Source of the DNA: a virus
Length of the DNA stretch: 39,403 nt
Direction: 5' to 3' (one strand)
IMG/VR virus record: IMGVR_UViG_3300028840_003316
Location: 1-39,403 of that record
Part shown: piece by piece, positions 1-8,620 of the stretch
Layout: every line of letters begins with the position of its first letter
Position numbering within the stretch: the first letter of the stretch is position 1
Notes under the pieces: generated by a model
Seen by the model: only the letters and a program-made list of their open reading frames with translations
What the model was told of the DNA's origin: nothing
The model's database searches: none
Translations under genes and position numbers: made by a program

Positions 1-144
1 CAGGGAGATGTGATGTCAATGGGAGTTGCTAGCTCAAATTATGATGTGGGAAGTGATGCAATTCTTCCTAGAGAAGGTGGACTTTCACTGAGTTCAGGAC
101 AGATGATGGGGTTTCTGAACACTTATGACAAAGGTTTTAAGTGG
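1..144. repeat. Exact 144-bp duplicate of 39260-39403. This is the overlap of a circular (or terminally redundant or permuted) genome assembly.
   Basis: Base-by-base comparison of the first 144 nt with the last 144 nt shows identity. The reading frame is continuous across the junction. Confidence 0.95.
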
Positions 145-594
145 ACCAATAACCCTACAGATGACGGAAAATTGGAAAATACGGATTGTATTCTAATGAA
201 TCTCGATGAGGACGGAAATCTCTGGATTAAGGGAGATATGAACGACGGTCACTTGGGTGAGATCAGGGCTTTTGCTCTTAGTATGGCTAATGCGAAGTCA
301 AAAGGAGAGCTTCAGGATCTTGGGTGGGCGATTTGTGATGGAACCACACCTGCTTCTCAGGGTATTTCTGACGCAACCATCACCTCTACACCTAATCTGG
401 ACCACAGATTCCTAAGAATGAGTGATGATGAGACATCTGGAACCACTGGTGGACAGGACACCCTCACTCTTACACAGGGAGATTATGATGATAATGGAGA
501 AGTCGGAGTTAAAAGAATCGAGGGAATCAGTTCGGGTGAATTAGATGCAAAACCACCGTATTACGAGGTCGTCTACTTCATTAGGGTCAAATAG
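1..594 (+). CDS. Tail fibre protein with a tail-collar-like domain, 3' part. The gene starts at 39056 and crosses the junction, giving about 265 aa in the unique genome.
   Basis: The frame is open from base 1 and in phase with ORF 39056..39403. PNLDHRFLRMSDDETSGTTGGQDTLTLT resembles the phage tail-collar signature (P-D/N-L-R-G-R-F ... GG ... TLT). Confidence 0.7.
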   Translation, partial: QGDVMSMGVASSNYDVGSDAILPREGGLSLSSGQMMGFLNTYDKGFKWTNNPTDDGKLENTDCILMNLDEDGNLWIKGDMNDGHLGEIRAFALSMANAKSKGELQDLGWAICDGTTPASQGISDATITSTPNLDHRFLRMSDDETSGTTGGQDTLTLTQGDYDDNGEVGVKRIEGISSGELDAKPPYYEVVYFIRVK

Positions 595-595
595 T

Positions 596-781
596 ATGGC
601 CAAATATTCACTTGAACTCACTACTTGGGAAGTACGGATGTTAAAAATCATAATGTTCCTAGTGATTGCTCTGGCAGCACTTGGAATATCGATGATAATG
701 ATAGCTACTCCAGTAGAGATTCAAATAGATCAACAATTAATTGAACAAGTATGCCTAGAAAAGCAAAATATGTCGGAATGA
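596..781 (+). CDS. Small membrane protein (61 aa, one TM helix)
   Basis: The ATG at 596 follows the upstream TAG (context TAGTATG). It has a hydrophobic core, LKIIMFLVIALAALGISMIMIA. The track start at 545 would overlap the fibre gene by 50 nt. Confidence 0.6.
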   Translation: MAKYSLELTTWEVRMLKIIMFLVIALAALGISMIMIATPVEIQIDQQLIEQVCLEKQNMSE

Positions 782-879
782 AGAAAAACAAGAAGGGTGG
801 ATATACCCTCAAATTCCGAGCTAAACGAAAAAAAACACCTAGAGTTAAAGTAAGTGTGGTTAAAACCAAAGGTTGGTAA
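778..879 (+). CDS. Lys/Arg-rich micro-ORF (33 aa: MKKNKKGGYTLKFRAKRKKTPRVKVSVVKTKGW)
   Basis: It has an ATGA stop/start overlap with the upstream ORF. By my count 14 of 33 residues are K/R and none are acidic. It is below the track cutoff. Confidence 0.35.
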   Translation: MKKNKKGGYTLKFRAKRKKTPRVKVSVVKTKGW

Positions 880-885
880 GAATAT

Positions 886-1698
886 ATGAAAAACTATCCA
901 ACATCAGCTATAAGCATTGAACAATTCTCTCGACTTAACATTTCTGCAGGTCAAGCGGGTGGACTTAGGAGTGTAAATAAGTTTGGACGTTCAACTAATG
1001 TAGATGACGGTGTTGATACGGATATCTGGGATGGAGCAAATTCATCTGATGATATTGATATTTGGGTTGCTCCTACTCAAGCACGAACTCATCAGATTAC
1101 CTCTACGAGCGCTAACGATACTTCAGGAGGAACTGGAGCACGAACGATTGAAGTTTTTGGATTAGTAGATTGGGATACAGAGGAAACTTCTGAAACAATT
1201 ACAATGAATGGAACAAGTAATGTTGCCACAAGTAATCAATATGTGATTATTCATCGAATGAAGGTTATGACATTTGGTTCGGCTGGTCCTAATGTGGGGC
1301 AGATCTCAGCTACAGCGGATACTGATGCAACTGAAACAGCCTTTATCCTAGCTGGTGAAGGTCAGACACAGATGGCTATTTATGGGATTCCGAGTTGCTG
1401 TAATGCATTCGTTACCAAGTTTTATGCCAGTACATTGCGAGCAAACCTCGGGACCAGTGAAGCACACGTTGATATGCGGTTACTATATAACCCTATTCCT
1501 GATCAAGACGAGACTGGGTTCCTTGTAAAGCATTCATTTGGTATTGGAACGCGTGGATCAAACCCAGCTGAGCACGATTATAATCCGTATAATAAGTTTG
1601 AAGGTCCAGGCATTCTCAAGATGCAGGGAGCAGGCAGTGCAAATAACTTAGATGTCAGCGCTGGATTCGACATCATCTTAGAAACAATAAATAATTAA
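886..1698 (+). CDS. Virion-module protein, function unknown
   Basis: A 270-aa ORF with AATATATG start context that lies among fibre genes. I recognised no diagnostic motif. Confidence 0.7.
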   Translation: MKNYPTSAISIEQFSRLNISAGQAGGLRSVNKFGRSTNVDDGVDTDIWDGANSSDDIDIWVAPTQARTHQITSTSANDTSGGTGARTIEVFGLVDWDTEETSETITMNGTSNVATSNQYVIIHRMKVMTFGSAGPNVGQISATADTDATETAFILAGEGQTQMAIYGIPSCCNAFVTKFYASTLRANLGTSEAHVDMRLLYNPIPDQDETGFLVKHSFGIGTRGSNPAEHDYNPYNKFEGPGILKMQGAGSANNLDVSAGFDIILETINN

Positions 1699-1707
1699 TA
1701 GAAAAAT

Positions 1708-2004
1708 ATGAAAAATCTATCATCGGCTTTGAAAGACAAGACCCTTGAAGACCTCAAACCAGAGGCAACTGGTTCAGTTAGTAATCTCATTGAACCAACT
1801 AAAGGACAGATTGAAACTATTATGGGAATGCTCAAAGAGGGCAAGACCTATAGTGAAATTAAGAAAACAGTAAGAAAGATTACCAAGAAGGATGGTAAGC
1901 AAGTCTCTGCTCAGGGATTCAGTTTTGCACAGATTAAGGAGATTGACTTAGCTCGTAAGGCTAAGATCGCGGAGCTTACACCAGAACCAGAAGAAGAAGT
2001 GTAG
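1708..2004 (+). CDS. Hypothetical protein (98 aa)
   Basis: An ORF with AAATATG context, tightly packed after 886..1698. Confidence 0.65.
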   Translation: MKNLSSALKDKTLEDLKPEATGSVSNLIEPTKGQIETIMGMLKEGKTYSEIKKTVRKITKKDGKQVSAQGFSFAQIKEIDLARKAKIAELTPEPEEEV

Positions 2005-2011
2005 AAATCAC

Positions 2012-2039
2012 GGGGGAGTGCACGTGGTTGCTCTCCCCC
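2012..2039 (+). terminator. GC-rich hairpin after ORF 1708..2004 (GGGGGAG / CTCCCCC), with no U-tract
   Basis: A 7-bp G/C stem pairs 2012-2018 with 2033-2039. The loop is 14 nt. Confidence 0.3.
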
Positions 2040-2084
2040 AGCCATTAACTAAGAAGTCCGTCAGGACAGGGGAGCCTATAATTT

Positions 2085-3383
2085 ATGAGTTTACTTACCA
2101 GATATTCATTACCAGCCGAGAGAGCACGTGATTGTGTTTTTATTGATATATTTGAGGACACATCTCTGGTTGTTGAAAACGGTGGAACCATTACTGGAAC
2201 ACCAGTGATTGATTTTGAGTTTCAGGGCGATGGTTCAAGTTATATTGTTTATGACACTGTTGGTTTCGAAGATATTACCACTGGCAATATGGCAATCGTG
2301 ATGAGGTTTAGAACTGGTACCATTGATGGAACGGCACAGAATCTAATTTCTCAGGCTGACGGTACTGGAACAGGACGCACCTGGATTGGAATTAGTTCAA
2401 ATAACAAAATTAGCACTTCACTTAGTGGTACTTTCCGTGAGGGTTCAACAACACTTCAGAGTAACACAGAATATATTACTTCATTTAGATTTGACGGATC
2501 TACAGTTAAAGTTTATTTAGATGGAGTGGAAGAAGTTAGTGCATCCGACACTATTGATGAAGGAGCTGACGGTAATTTCATTGTAGGCGCCAATAAAACT
2601 CTATCTGACCCCATTGATAATGAATTTGCTATCTGCGATATTAGAGTCTTTAAGAAGGGTCTTACAGTGCAAGAGCATCTTGATTATGCAAGCGGTGCTC
2701 TATGGAATTACCTGAATGAGGCTGATTTGCATTTACCAATGAAACTTGAAAATCACGATCCAACCAATAGTAAAACATTGGACGTATCCTCAAATGGTTT
2801 CGACGGTACATTAGTCAATGGACCTACAAAATTAACTAATACAAAAGGCTATCGATTTAATGGAACAAATCAGGAGATAACTTTGGGGGATGTCTTAAAT
2901 GTGGGGTCTGATGATTTCAGTTTATCATTCTGGGTAAAGTTGGTTTCAAGAAGTTTAACTGAAACATACACAGGAGTTATGATGAAGGGTGAGTTTGTTG
3001 ATGGATGGGCTGTTAATTTTGGTGGAACTTCTAATCCAGGAAAATTACGTTTTCGTTTAAATGATGAGGTCGGTTCAGCATCAGATATTTTTTCTGATCG
3101 TGCTTTTGATCCCAATGTATGGGTTCACGTGGTTTTAACAGCTGAAAGAGACTCCGCTTCTGGATTGAAAATGTATTTAAATACAATTCAACAAACAGAT
3201 ACTAGTGATGGAGTAAACTTTGATATTTCTGATAATAATACGTTCCGAATTGGTAATGATGACCTTGATCGATATGGGAATATTGAAATAGCTGAGGTAA
3301 AACAGTGGCAACAAAGAATACTGACACCAATGATAATTAACGATATTAATTTTAGAGAAGAAAAGCAGTTTAACGATTTATAG
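2085..3383 (+). CDS. LamG / concanavalin-A-like lectin domain protein (two domains), putative fibre or adhesin
   Basis: A repeated LamG_3-like pattern is present (TLGDVLNVGSDDFSLSFWVKL ... WVHVVLT ... LYLNG-type strands). It is adjacent to fibre genes. Confidence 0.65.
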   Translation: MSLLTRYSLPAERARDCVFIDIFEDTSLVVENGGTITGTPVIDFEFQGDGSSYIVYDTVGFEDITTGNMAIVMRFRTGTIDGTAQNLISQADGTGTGRTWIGISSNNKISTSLSGTFREGSTTLQSNTEYITSFRFDGSTVKVYLDGVEEVSASDTIDEGADGNFIVGANKTLSDPIDNEFAICDIRVFKKGLTVQEHLDYASGALWNYLNEADLHLPMKLENHDPTNSKTLDVSSNGFDGTLVNGPTKLTNTKGYRFNGTNQEITLGDVLNVGSDDFSLSFWVKLVSRSLTETYTGVMMKGEFVDGWAVNFGGTSNPGKLRFRLNDEVGSASDIFSDRAFDPNVWVHVVLTAERDSASGLKMYLNTIQQTDTSDGVNFDISDNNTFRIGNDDLDRYGNIEIAEVKQWQQRILTPMIINDINFREEKQFNDL

Positions 3384-3384
3384 T

Positions 3385-5319
3385 ATGTCAATAATTCAAG
3401 AAAAAATTAATTCTGGAGCTCTTCAACGTTGGTTTGATTCTCGAAGTGGAACTTTTTCTGATCTTACTGGAAATCAAGTTGACCTGGGCACAGCCAACAT
3501 CACAGCTATTAATCCTAGAACTGGATTTGTTTTTAACGGTGTCGATGATCGTTTGGTAACAACATTTGATGGAACTACTGGAGATGAGGTTAGTGTCGTC
3601 GTGCTTTTTAAGAGTAAGTTGATGAATGCTGGTTTATTTTACGTTCTTGATAATAGTGCTGGAGCAGCTGGGTATGGTTTGCGAATTGATGCAACAAATA
3701 ACGAGTTGGATTGGTTTGTTTATAGTGGAGGAGCTACAGGACTCGTAACCACCGATATTTCTGATTATGATGAAGGAAAAGATTTTGTAACAGCCGCTGG
3801 AGTCCATACAACAACCTATAATAGACTTTTCTTAAATGGGGTTCAAACCTCAAATACTAATTATGATGCTTCTGGTGGTATCGATACTTCAGCGGATACG
3901 ATGGAGATTGGATCAGTTGTGGAAGGTGGAAATTACTTTGAGGGGGATATTGTTGCCGTTCTTACATTTACTGAAGCTCTAACTGATACTGAAGTGGCTC
4001 AAGTTACGGAAGAACTCCAGGCTCTAGTTTGGCCAACTAAACCTATGGGCCAATCAAAGGCCCCTCAGTTGATTAATATCAACAAACCCAACTTGGTTGG
4101 TGGGTGGAAAATGAGCCCACAAGGTAACAAAATTATTGATCTGACCTCGTCTGGAAATGATGGGACTCTTGTAGGACCTTTTCATAAGAGCGATATTATT
4201 GGAGATGCGCTGAGTTATAATGGAGTTGATAATTATGTGACTTTTGGAGATGTTTTAAACTTCACTGATGATGCTTCTTTTATCATTACTTTGAGAACAA
4301 CTGATTCAGATGGAGTTATTTTCTCTAAGTGGAATACCGCTGGGCTTAATCGGTCTTGGAATGTACGACTAGCCACAGGAAGGCCAGGGTTTACTATTAG
4401 TAGTGATGGGTCAAACTTCGAGAATGAGAATGCCTTGGGAGCAGTTAATGATAATGTGCCACGTCAGATTGGAATTGCTTATGATAAATCTGAAGATACC
4501 GTTGACTTTTATATTGACGGCAACTTTGATTCTACAGATACCTTTACTACAGCCACTGGAGGCATAAACCAGGGAACTGCTGATGTGCGAATGGGTGATG
4601 AAGAAGCTGGTTCTGTTGGAGGGTTTCTGGATGGAGACATTTATGATATTCAGCCATATGATGCCAAGTTGGAAGCAGCTGATTTTGCTGCCGAGTACGC
4701 TAAGCTTGCTGCAACAGTTCAATATAAATCTGATTGGGGTACACCAGTTTCAACAGCCAACAGAACCTCGGGCTTTTTAGAGGATACTGGATGGCAGATA
4801 GATTCAGGAGCTTGGAAAATAAGTACTGACACAATCGATGGTCAGAAAGTAAAAGTAATTGAATGTGTTTCTGATGGAATTCTTTATCTGGACACACTTC
4901 AGTTTATGACAGAAGAGGATGGTGCCTTTGGAAGCTGGAAATTTTATATCAACAAAACTGATTCTGGTAGTGCAATGATTACGTTATTTTTGGCTAATAC
5001 AGTAGGAGGGGCTGGTTCAGGAAATAATTATAATCTGCGATTTGCGGCAGATGAGAGTCTCGGAGTTAGGCGTGCATCAGGCGCTGTCTTTATCGATGCT
5101 GGGACCAAAGAGTTGAATACTTGGTATGAAATTAAAATAACACGACGGTATGACGGGTTATTTGAACTGTTTGTTGACGGAGTTTCTGAAGGAACAAGTA
5201 CCGATATCACTGTCTTGGTTTCTAAGTTAATGGTTCTTGATTATGATGCAGGAGACAAAATTGCATTTGCTGATGTTAAAGGAGACCACGCGATAGCTAA
5301 GTATTTAGGAATTATCTAA
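3385..5319 (+). CDS. Multi-LamG / concanavalin-A-like domain protein, putative fibre or adhesin
   Basis: There are at least three segments with the LamG-like pattern (for example TFGDVLNFTDDASFIITLRT and NRLFLNGVQ). The start context is TAGTATG directly after the upstream stop. Confidence 0.65.
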   Translation: MSIIQEKINSGALQRWFDSRSGTFSDLTGNQVDLGTANITAINPRTGFVFNGVDDRLVTTFDGTTGDEVSVVVLFKSKLMNAGLFYVLDNSAGAAGYGLRIDATNNELDWFVYSGGATGLVTTDISDYDEGKDFVTAAGVHTTTYNRLFLNGVQTSNTNYDASGGIDTSADTMEIGSVVEGGNYFEGDIVAVLTFTEALTDTEVAQVTEELQALVWPTKPMGQSKAPQLININKPNLVGGWKMSPQGNKIIDLTSSGNDGTLVGPFHKSDIIGDALSYNGVDNYVTFGDVLNFTDDASFIITLRTTDSDGVIFSKWNTAGLNRSWNVRLATGRPGFTISSDGSNFENENALGAVNDNVPRQIGIAYDKSEDTVDFYIDGNFDSTDTFTTATGGINQGTADVRMGDEEAGSVGGFLDGDIYDIQPYDAKLEAADFAAEYAKLAATVQYKSDWGTPVSTANRTSGFLEDTGWQIDSGAWKISTDTIDGQKVKVIECVSDGILYLDTLQFMTEEDGAFGSWKFYINKTDSGSAMITLFLANTVGGAGSGNNYNLRFAADESLGVRRASGAVFIDAGTKELNTWYEIKITRRYDGLFELFVDGVSEGTSTDITVLVSKLMVLDYDAGDKIAFADVKGDHAIAKYLGII

Positions 5320-5325
5320 TTATTT

Positions 5326-5583
5326 ATGGAGGAGACTATAGTTACAGAAGTATTAAGCCTTGGAAAGTATGGGACGATAGGAGTAATGATCGCCCTCATC
5401 CTTTTGTGTGGTACGACGATCTGGATGCTATGGAAAATGGCATCTAATCACATAACCCACTCCAACGAGGCGTTCAACAAAAACACCGAAGCTCTGACAA
5501 AACTCATTGACGCTCACAATAATAGTGAAAGAACGATTGATGAGAATACCAGAGTTCTAAGAAGAATTAATAGTAAATTATGA
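5326..5583 (+). CDS. Single-TM membrane protein (holin- or spanin-like candidate)
   Basis: An N-terminal TM segment (GTIGVMIALILLCGTTIWMLW) is followed by a polar helical tail. The ORF overlaps the peptidase start by 4 nt. Confidence 0.55.
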   Translation: MEETIVTEVLSLGKYGTIGVMIALILLCGTTIWMLWKMASNHITHSNEAFNKNTEALTKLIDAHNNSERTIDENTRVLRRINSKL

Positions 5584-6641
5584 GCAAAACAGGATTTCTC
5601 AAAGACAGTTTTGACCCAAGAGATTATTGGCTTGATGAAGTACAGCTTCTTTGTGGGGAGGAAACAAAGGAGATTCCTGATTCATACGTAGTGCCAGATC
5701 TCAAGTTTGATCATCAGGCTGGGTATCCATACTGCGTTTCATATGCAATTACAACAGCTCTAGAGAAGAAGATTAGATCATATACAGGGGTTGTTAAGGC
5801 TTTCAGCCAACCACATCTATTCCATCATAGTGGTGGGTCACAAAACGGTAGCTGGATTCGTAGGACATTAAATACTGTTGTAGATAAAGGGTGTATCCCA
5901 GAGGCTCGTTTACCACGGCCTCAGGATAAACCAAAAGACTGGTTCGATAAAATGCAGAAAGAGGCTGAGAGCATTCCATTCGCTGATTCTAGTCGTTTGA
6001 AAGTGTATGCACGAGTAGCAATGGAAGAACCGATGATGAAACAGGCCATTATCGACCACGGACCGATTGTCACTTCCCTATCAACCAACAGAGCTAACTT
6101 TGTACAGCCAAACTACTGGTCAAAGAAGTTCACCAGGTTTACTAAGACTGATACACACGCTGTGTTGATCGCAGGTTGGGATGAGGATGAAGAAGGTAAG
6201 TACTGGATAATCTTTGATAGCCTAAATGGCGGAAATTACGGAGTAGGAGATCACCAGGGATTGTTGGACGGGTATCATCGAATTAGTAGAGAGTACGACT
6301 TCTATTCAGGATACGTGATGGTAGAGCTCCCTGTGAACGTAAATCACGAGCAGGTGAAGGAAGAGGTGATCAAGAACCGAGAGGTAGAATTCAGTGTTGC
6401 GTTAAGTCATTACGGTAAGCCAAGAGACTTCAGTAAAGAAGTTGAAGTGGCAAACGAGTTAAGAAGGCAATTTGAAGACTTTAAGAACCAATCAGTACTG
6501 GAAGCAGCCGGCAAGTTCTGGACAACTTATATCAACGCTGTTGCTTACGGGAATTACAGTTATAGGGATTGTATCAACGATTGTTATAACTGGCGTCGTA
6601 CGGGAAACCACGCCTTCAATCTAAATAAAGTACGCGGATGA
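5580..6641 (+). CDS. Papain-like (C1-family-like) cysteine peptidase, candidate lysis enzyme
   Basis: Q-x5-C (HQAGYPYCVSYA) matches the papain Q19-C25 spacing. HAVLIAGW...YWIIFDSLNG resembles the papain HAV..VGY...YWIVKNSWG block, with Asp in place of Asn. Confidence 0.65.
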   Translation: MSKTGFLKDSFDPRDYWLDEVQLLCGEETKEIPDSYVVPDLKFDHQAGYPYCVSYAITTALEKKIRSYTGVVKAFSQPHLFHHSGGSQNGSWIRRTLNTVVDKGCIPEARLPRPQDKPKDWFDKMQKEAESIPFADSSRLKVYARVAMEEPMMKQAIIDHGPIVTSLSTNRANFVQPNYWSKKFTRFTKTDTHAVLIAGWDEDEEGKYWIIFDSLNGGNYGVGDHQGLLDGYHRISREYDFYSGYVMVELPVNVNHEQVKEEVIKNREVEFSVALSHYGKPRDFSKEVEVANELRRQFEDFKNQSVLEAAGKFWTTYINAVAYGNYSYRDCINDCYNWRRTGNHAFNLNKVRG

Positions 6642-6642
6642 T

Positions 6643-6780
6643 ATGCCTTTCAAGAGAATCACAAAGGGTAAGAATAAAGGGAAGTACAGAACACCGAGTG
6701 GAAAGGTTTATACAGCAAAGCAGGTGAAAGCATATCACGCTACTGGAGGTTGGAAACGTAAATCTCGTAAACGTAAATAA
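6643..6780 (+). CDS. Highly basic micro-ORF (45 aa)
   Basis: MPFKRITKGKNKGKYRTPSGKVYTAKQVKAYHATGGWKRKSRKRK has 17 K/R and 0 D/E by my count. The start context is GATATG. Confidence 0.45.
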   Translation: MPFKRITKGKNKGKYRTPSGKVYTAKQVKAYHATGGWKRKSRKRK

Positions 6781-6798
6781 TTAAGTAACCATATTTAT

Positions 6799-6924
6799 AT
6801 GGCATACGCTAAGATGAAAGTAAAGGGGAAAGCGAAGGTAAAGCCTTCACGCCGTCGAAAGCGACGATCCACTCCTAAGGGGAAGCGCAAACGAACGGTA
6901 ATGCGATATGGCAAAAGGAAGTAA
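6799..6924 (+). CDS. Highly basic micro-ORF (41 aa)
   Basis: MAYAKMKVKGKAKVKPSRRRKRRSTPKGKRKRTVMRYGKRK has 21 K/R and 0 D/E. The start context is TTATATG. It overlaps the next ORF by 17 nt. Confidence 0.4.
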   Translation: MAYAKMKVKGKAKVKPSRRRKRRSTPKGKRKRTVMRYGKRK

Positions 6925-7117
6925 AAGGTGGCAGCTCGATAAAAAGGATCTTACAAATATTCTAAAAGTGCTGGGATATTCTGTAGGGTCAGCACTCTGT
7001 GCCGCCTTAATCGCAGTATTAGCACAAGCAGATATTCCAGAAGCGTGGTTATTCATTGTTCCCCTAGTGAATACGTTACTGGTAACTGCTAAAAAATGGT
7101 TTGAAAGTAATTCTTAA
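6908..7117 (+). CDS. Two-TM small membrane protein, holin-like
   Basis: Two hydrophobic helices are present (VLGYSVGSALCAALIAVLAQA and AWLFIVPLVNTLLVTA), with charged ends. It lies near the peptidase. Confidence 0.55.
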   Translation: MAKGSKRWQLDKKDLTNILKVLGYSVGSALCAALIAVLAQADIPEAWLFIVPLVNTLLVTAKKWFESNS

Positions 7118-7128
7118 TAAAAATCCCT

Positions 7129-7263
7129 ATGTTCGAAGAAGAACAGAAGACTGAGGAGATGGTCGAAGAGACCACCGAGGAAACCCCAGAGGAAGCTCCA
7201 GCCGAAGAAGCTGAAGAAGCCGCTGAGGAGACCGAGGAGACTGAGGAAGAAGCAGCTGAATAG
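7129..7263 (+). CDS. Extremely acidic micro-ORF (44 aa, 23 Glu)
   Basis: MFEEEQKTEEMVEETTEETPEEAPAEEAEEAAEETEETEEEAAE. The start context is CCTATG. It is below the track cutoff. Confidence 0.45.
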   Translation: MFEEEQKTEEMVEETTEETPEEAPAEEAEEAAEETEETEEEAAE

Positions 7264-7274
7264 TCAACTCACAA

Positions 7275-7447
7275 TCTCGGCCTCTCAACGTTAGGGGCTG
7301 AGGAATGAGCTGATTATCTGGCGTGTTCGGGTAGACGACACCCCGGAGGAAGGCAAAAACTGGCGATTCCCGTACTCAGTTTTGACCCCATCTCTATGGA
7401 CGAGTCAATCACTCGACATCTATAAGTCGTACTACATAGGGATGGGG
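7275..7447 (+). other. Structured non-coding leader upstream of 7465
   Basis: Two elements are present. The first is a hairpin, 7276-7284 paired with 7294-7302, with 2 G-U pairs. The second is a 13-bp long-range helix, 7386-7398 paired with 7435-7447, with 1 G-U pair; it encloses the hairpin CGAGT/ACTCG at 7401-7415. The wobble pairs exist only on the + strand. Confidence 0.45.
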
Positions 7448-7464
7448 AACTAAGCCGAGTAAAT

Positions 7465-8619
7465 ATGTCAAGAACACTAAACGATTTCGAAACACAAATT
7501 CAGGACCTACTCCGAGATACTACTGGGGGTACGGTTACAACCGATGCGGTAACCCGATTTCTAAATCGGCGTATTCGAGAATTACGCAACCGACACGGAG
7601 TACACGGTGGTCGTAATTATTCAAGCATTTCAGTATTCCCTGGTATTTACGAATATCCTCTCCCTAGTGACTATGGAGACTTTATTAACATTCAGGATCG
7701 TGAGAATCCACTGAACTTCTATGAAACCACAGCCGACGAATTCTGGACTCGCCTTAATCAAATTGATGACGCCTTTGCTATTAATGGTACTCTTGGTGCT
7801 AACTTTTGTTTGATTAAGTCAAACAAAGCGGGTACATCAGCATTAGTACATAACTGTGATTCCCTCACGGATAATGGGACTTGGAGTGCAGACACAGTTA
7901 ATTCAGACGCCCTTAACTTGGTAGCAGATACAGAGGTATACAAGACCGCAGGAGCCTCTCTTCGCTTCGATATTGATGTTTCCCAGTCAGTTAATGATTA
8001 TGCCGCGATTGTCAATTCAGACCTCACAGCAGTCGATTTGAGCCGTCAGGAGGACATTGGAACCCTGTTTATCTGGGTTTATCTTCCTGAGGTAACAAAT
8101 ATCACAAACGTAACAGCCCGTTGGGGAAGTTCTTCTACAGATTATTGGTCAAATAGTACGACTGAGCAATATAACGGAAATTCTTTCGCAGTTGGATGGA
8201 ATCGAGTAGGCGTGGCCTGGAGTGGTGCAAGTGAAACAGGAACACCTGACTCAAGTGCGGTTGATTACCTTTATGTACAGATTTCTTATGGAGCAGCTCA
8301 GACGGACGCAAACAACTTCCGTGTAGATGACATCGTTATGAAAGGCCCAAGTGAGTGGGAGCTGCAATATTACAGTAAGAATCTATGTGAAGATTCCTCA
8401 GGGAATACCCAGGAAGAACTCTCAGATGGAGACGATACAACTGTTATTGATTCAGCGTTTGATGACTGGCTCTTCTATATGGCTTTAGCAGACGCTTACT
8501 GGACCAAGGAGTTATATCCTGATGTTCAGACAGCAAAACAAGAGGCAACTAATATTCTAGGTCGAGTGCTACCTCGTTATCACAGCGACCGTAATCGAGC
8601 ACGTAAACGATACTACTAG
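7465..8619 (+). CDS. Virion structural protein, possibly a head-tail adaptor with an inserted jelly-roll or carbohydrate-binding-like domain
   Basis: It comes first in a run of large tail genes. The assignment rests on position only. Confidence 0.4.
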   Translation: MSRTLNDFETQIQDLLRDTTGGTVTTDAVTRFLNRRIRELRNRHGVHGGRNYSSISVFPGIYEYPLPSDYGDFINIQDRENPLNFYETTADEFWTRLNQIDDAFAINGTLGANFCLIKSNKAGTSALVHNCDSLTDNGTWSADTVNSDALNLVADTEVYKTAGASLRFDIDVSQSVNDYAAIVNSDLTAVDLSRQEDIGTLFIWVYLPEVTNITNVTARWGSSSTDYWSNSTTEQYNGNSFAVGWNRVGVAWSGASETGTPDSSAVDYLYVQISYGAAQTDANNFRVDDIVMKGPSEWELQYYSKNLCEDSSGNTQEELSDGDDTTVIDSAFDDWLFYMALADAYWTKELYPDVQTAKQEATNILGRVLPRYHSDRNRARKRYY

Positions 8620-8620
8620 T

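Noticed and set aside
2085-5319. A diversity-generating retroelement acting on the LamG fibre genes
   Set aside because: No reverse transcriptase ORF is present. I saw no near-identical template/variable nucleotide repeat pair with adenine-specific differences. Similarity between the two genes is at protein-motif level only.
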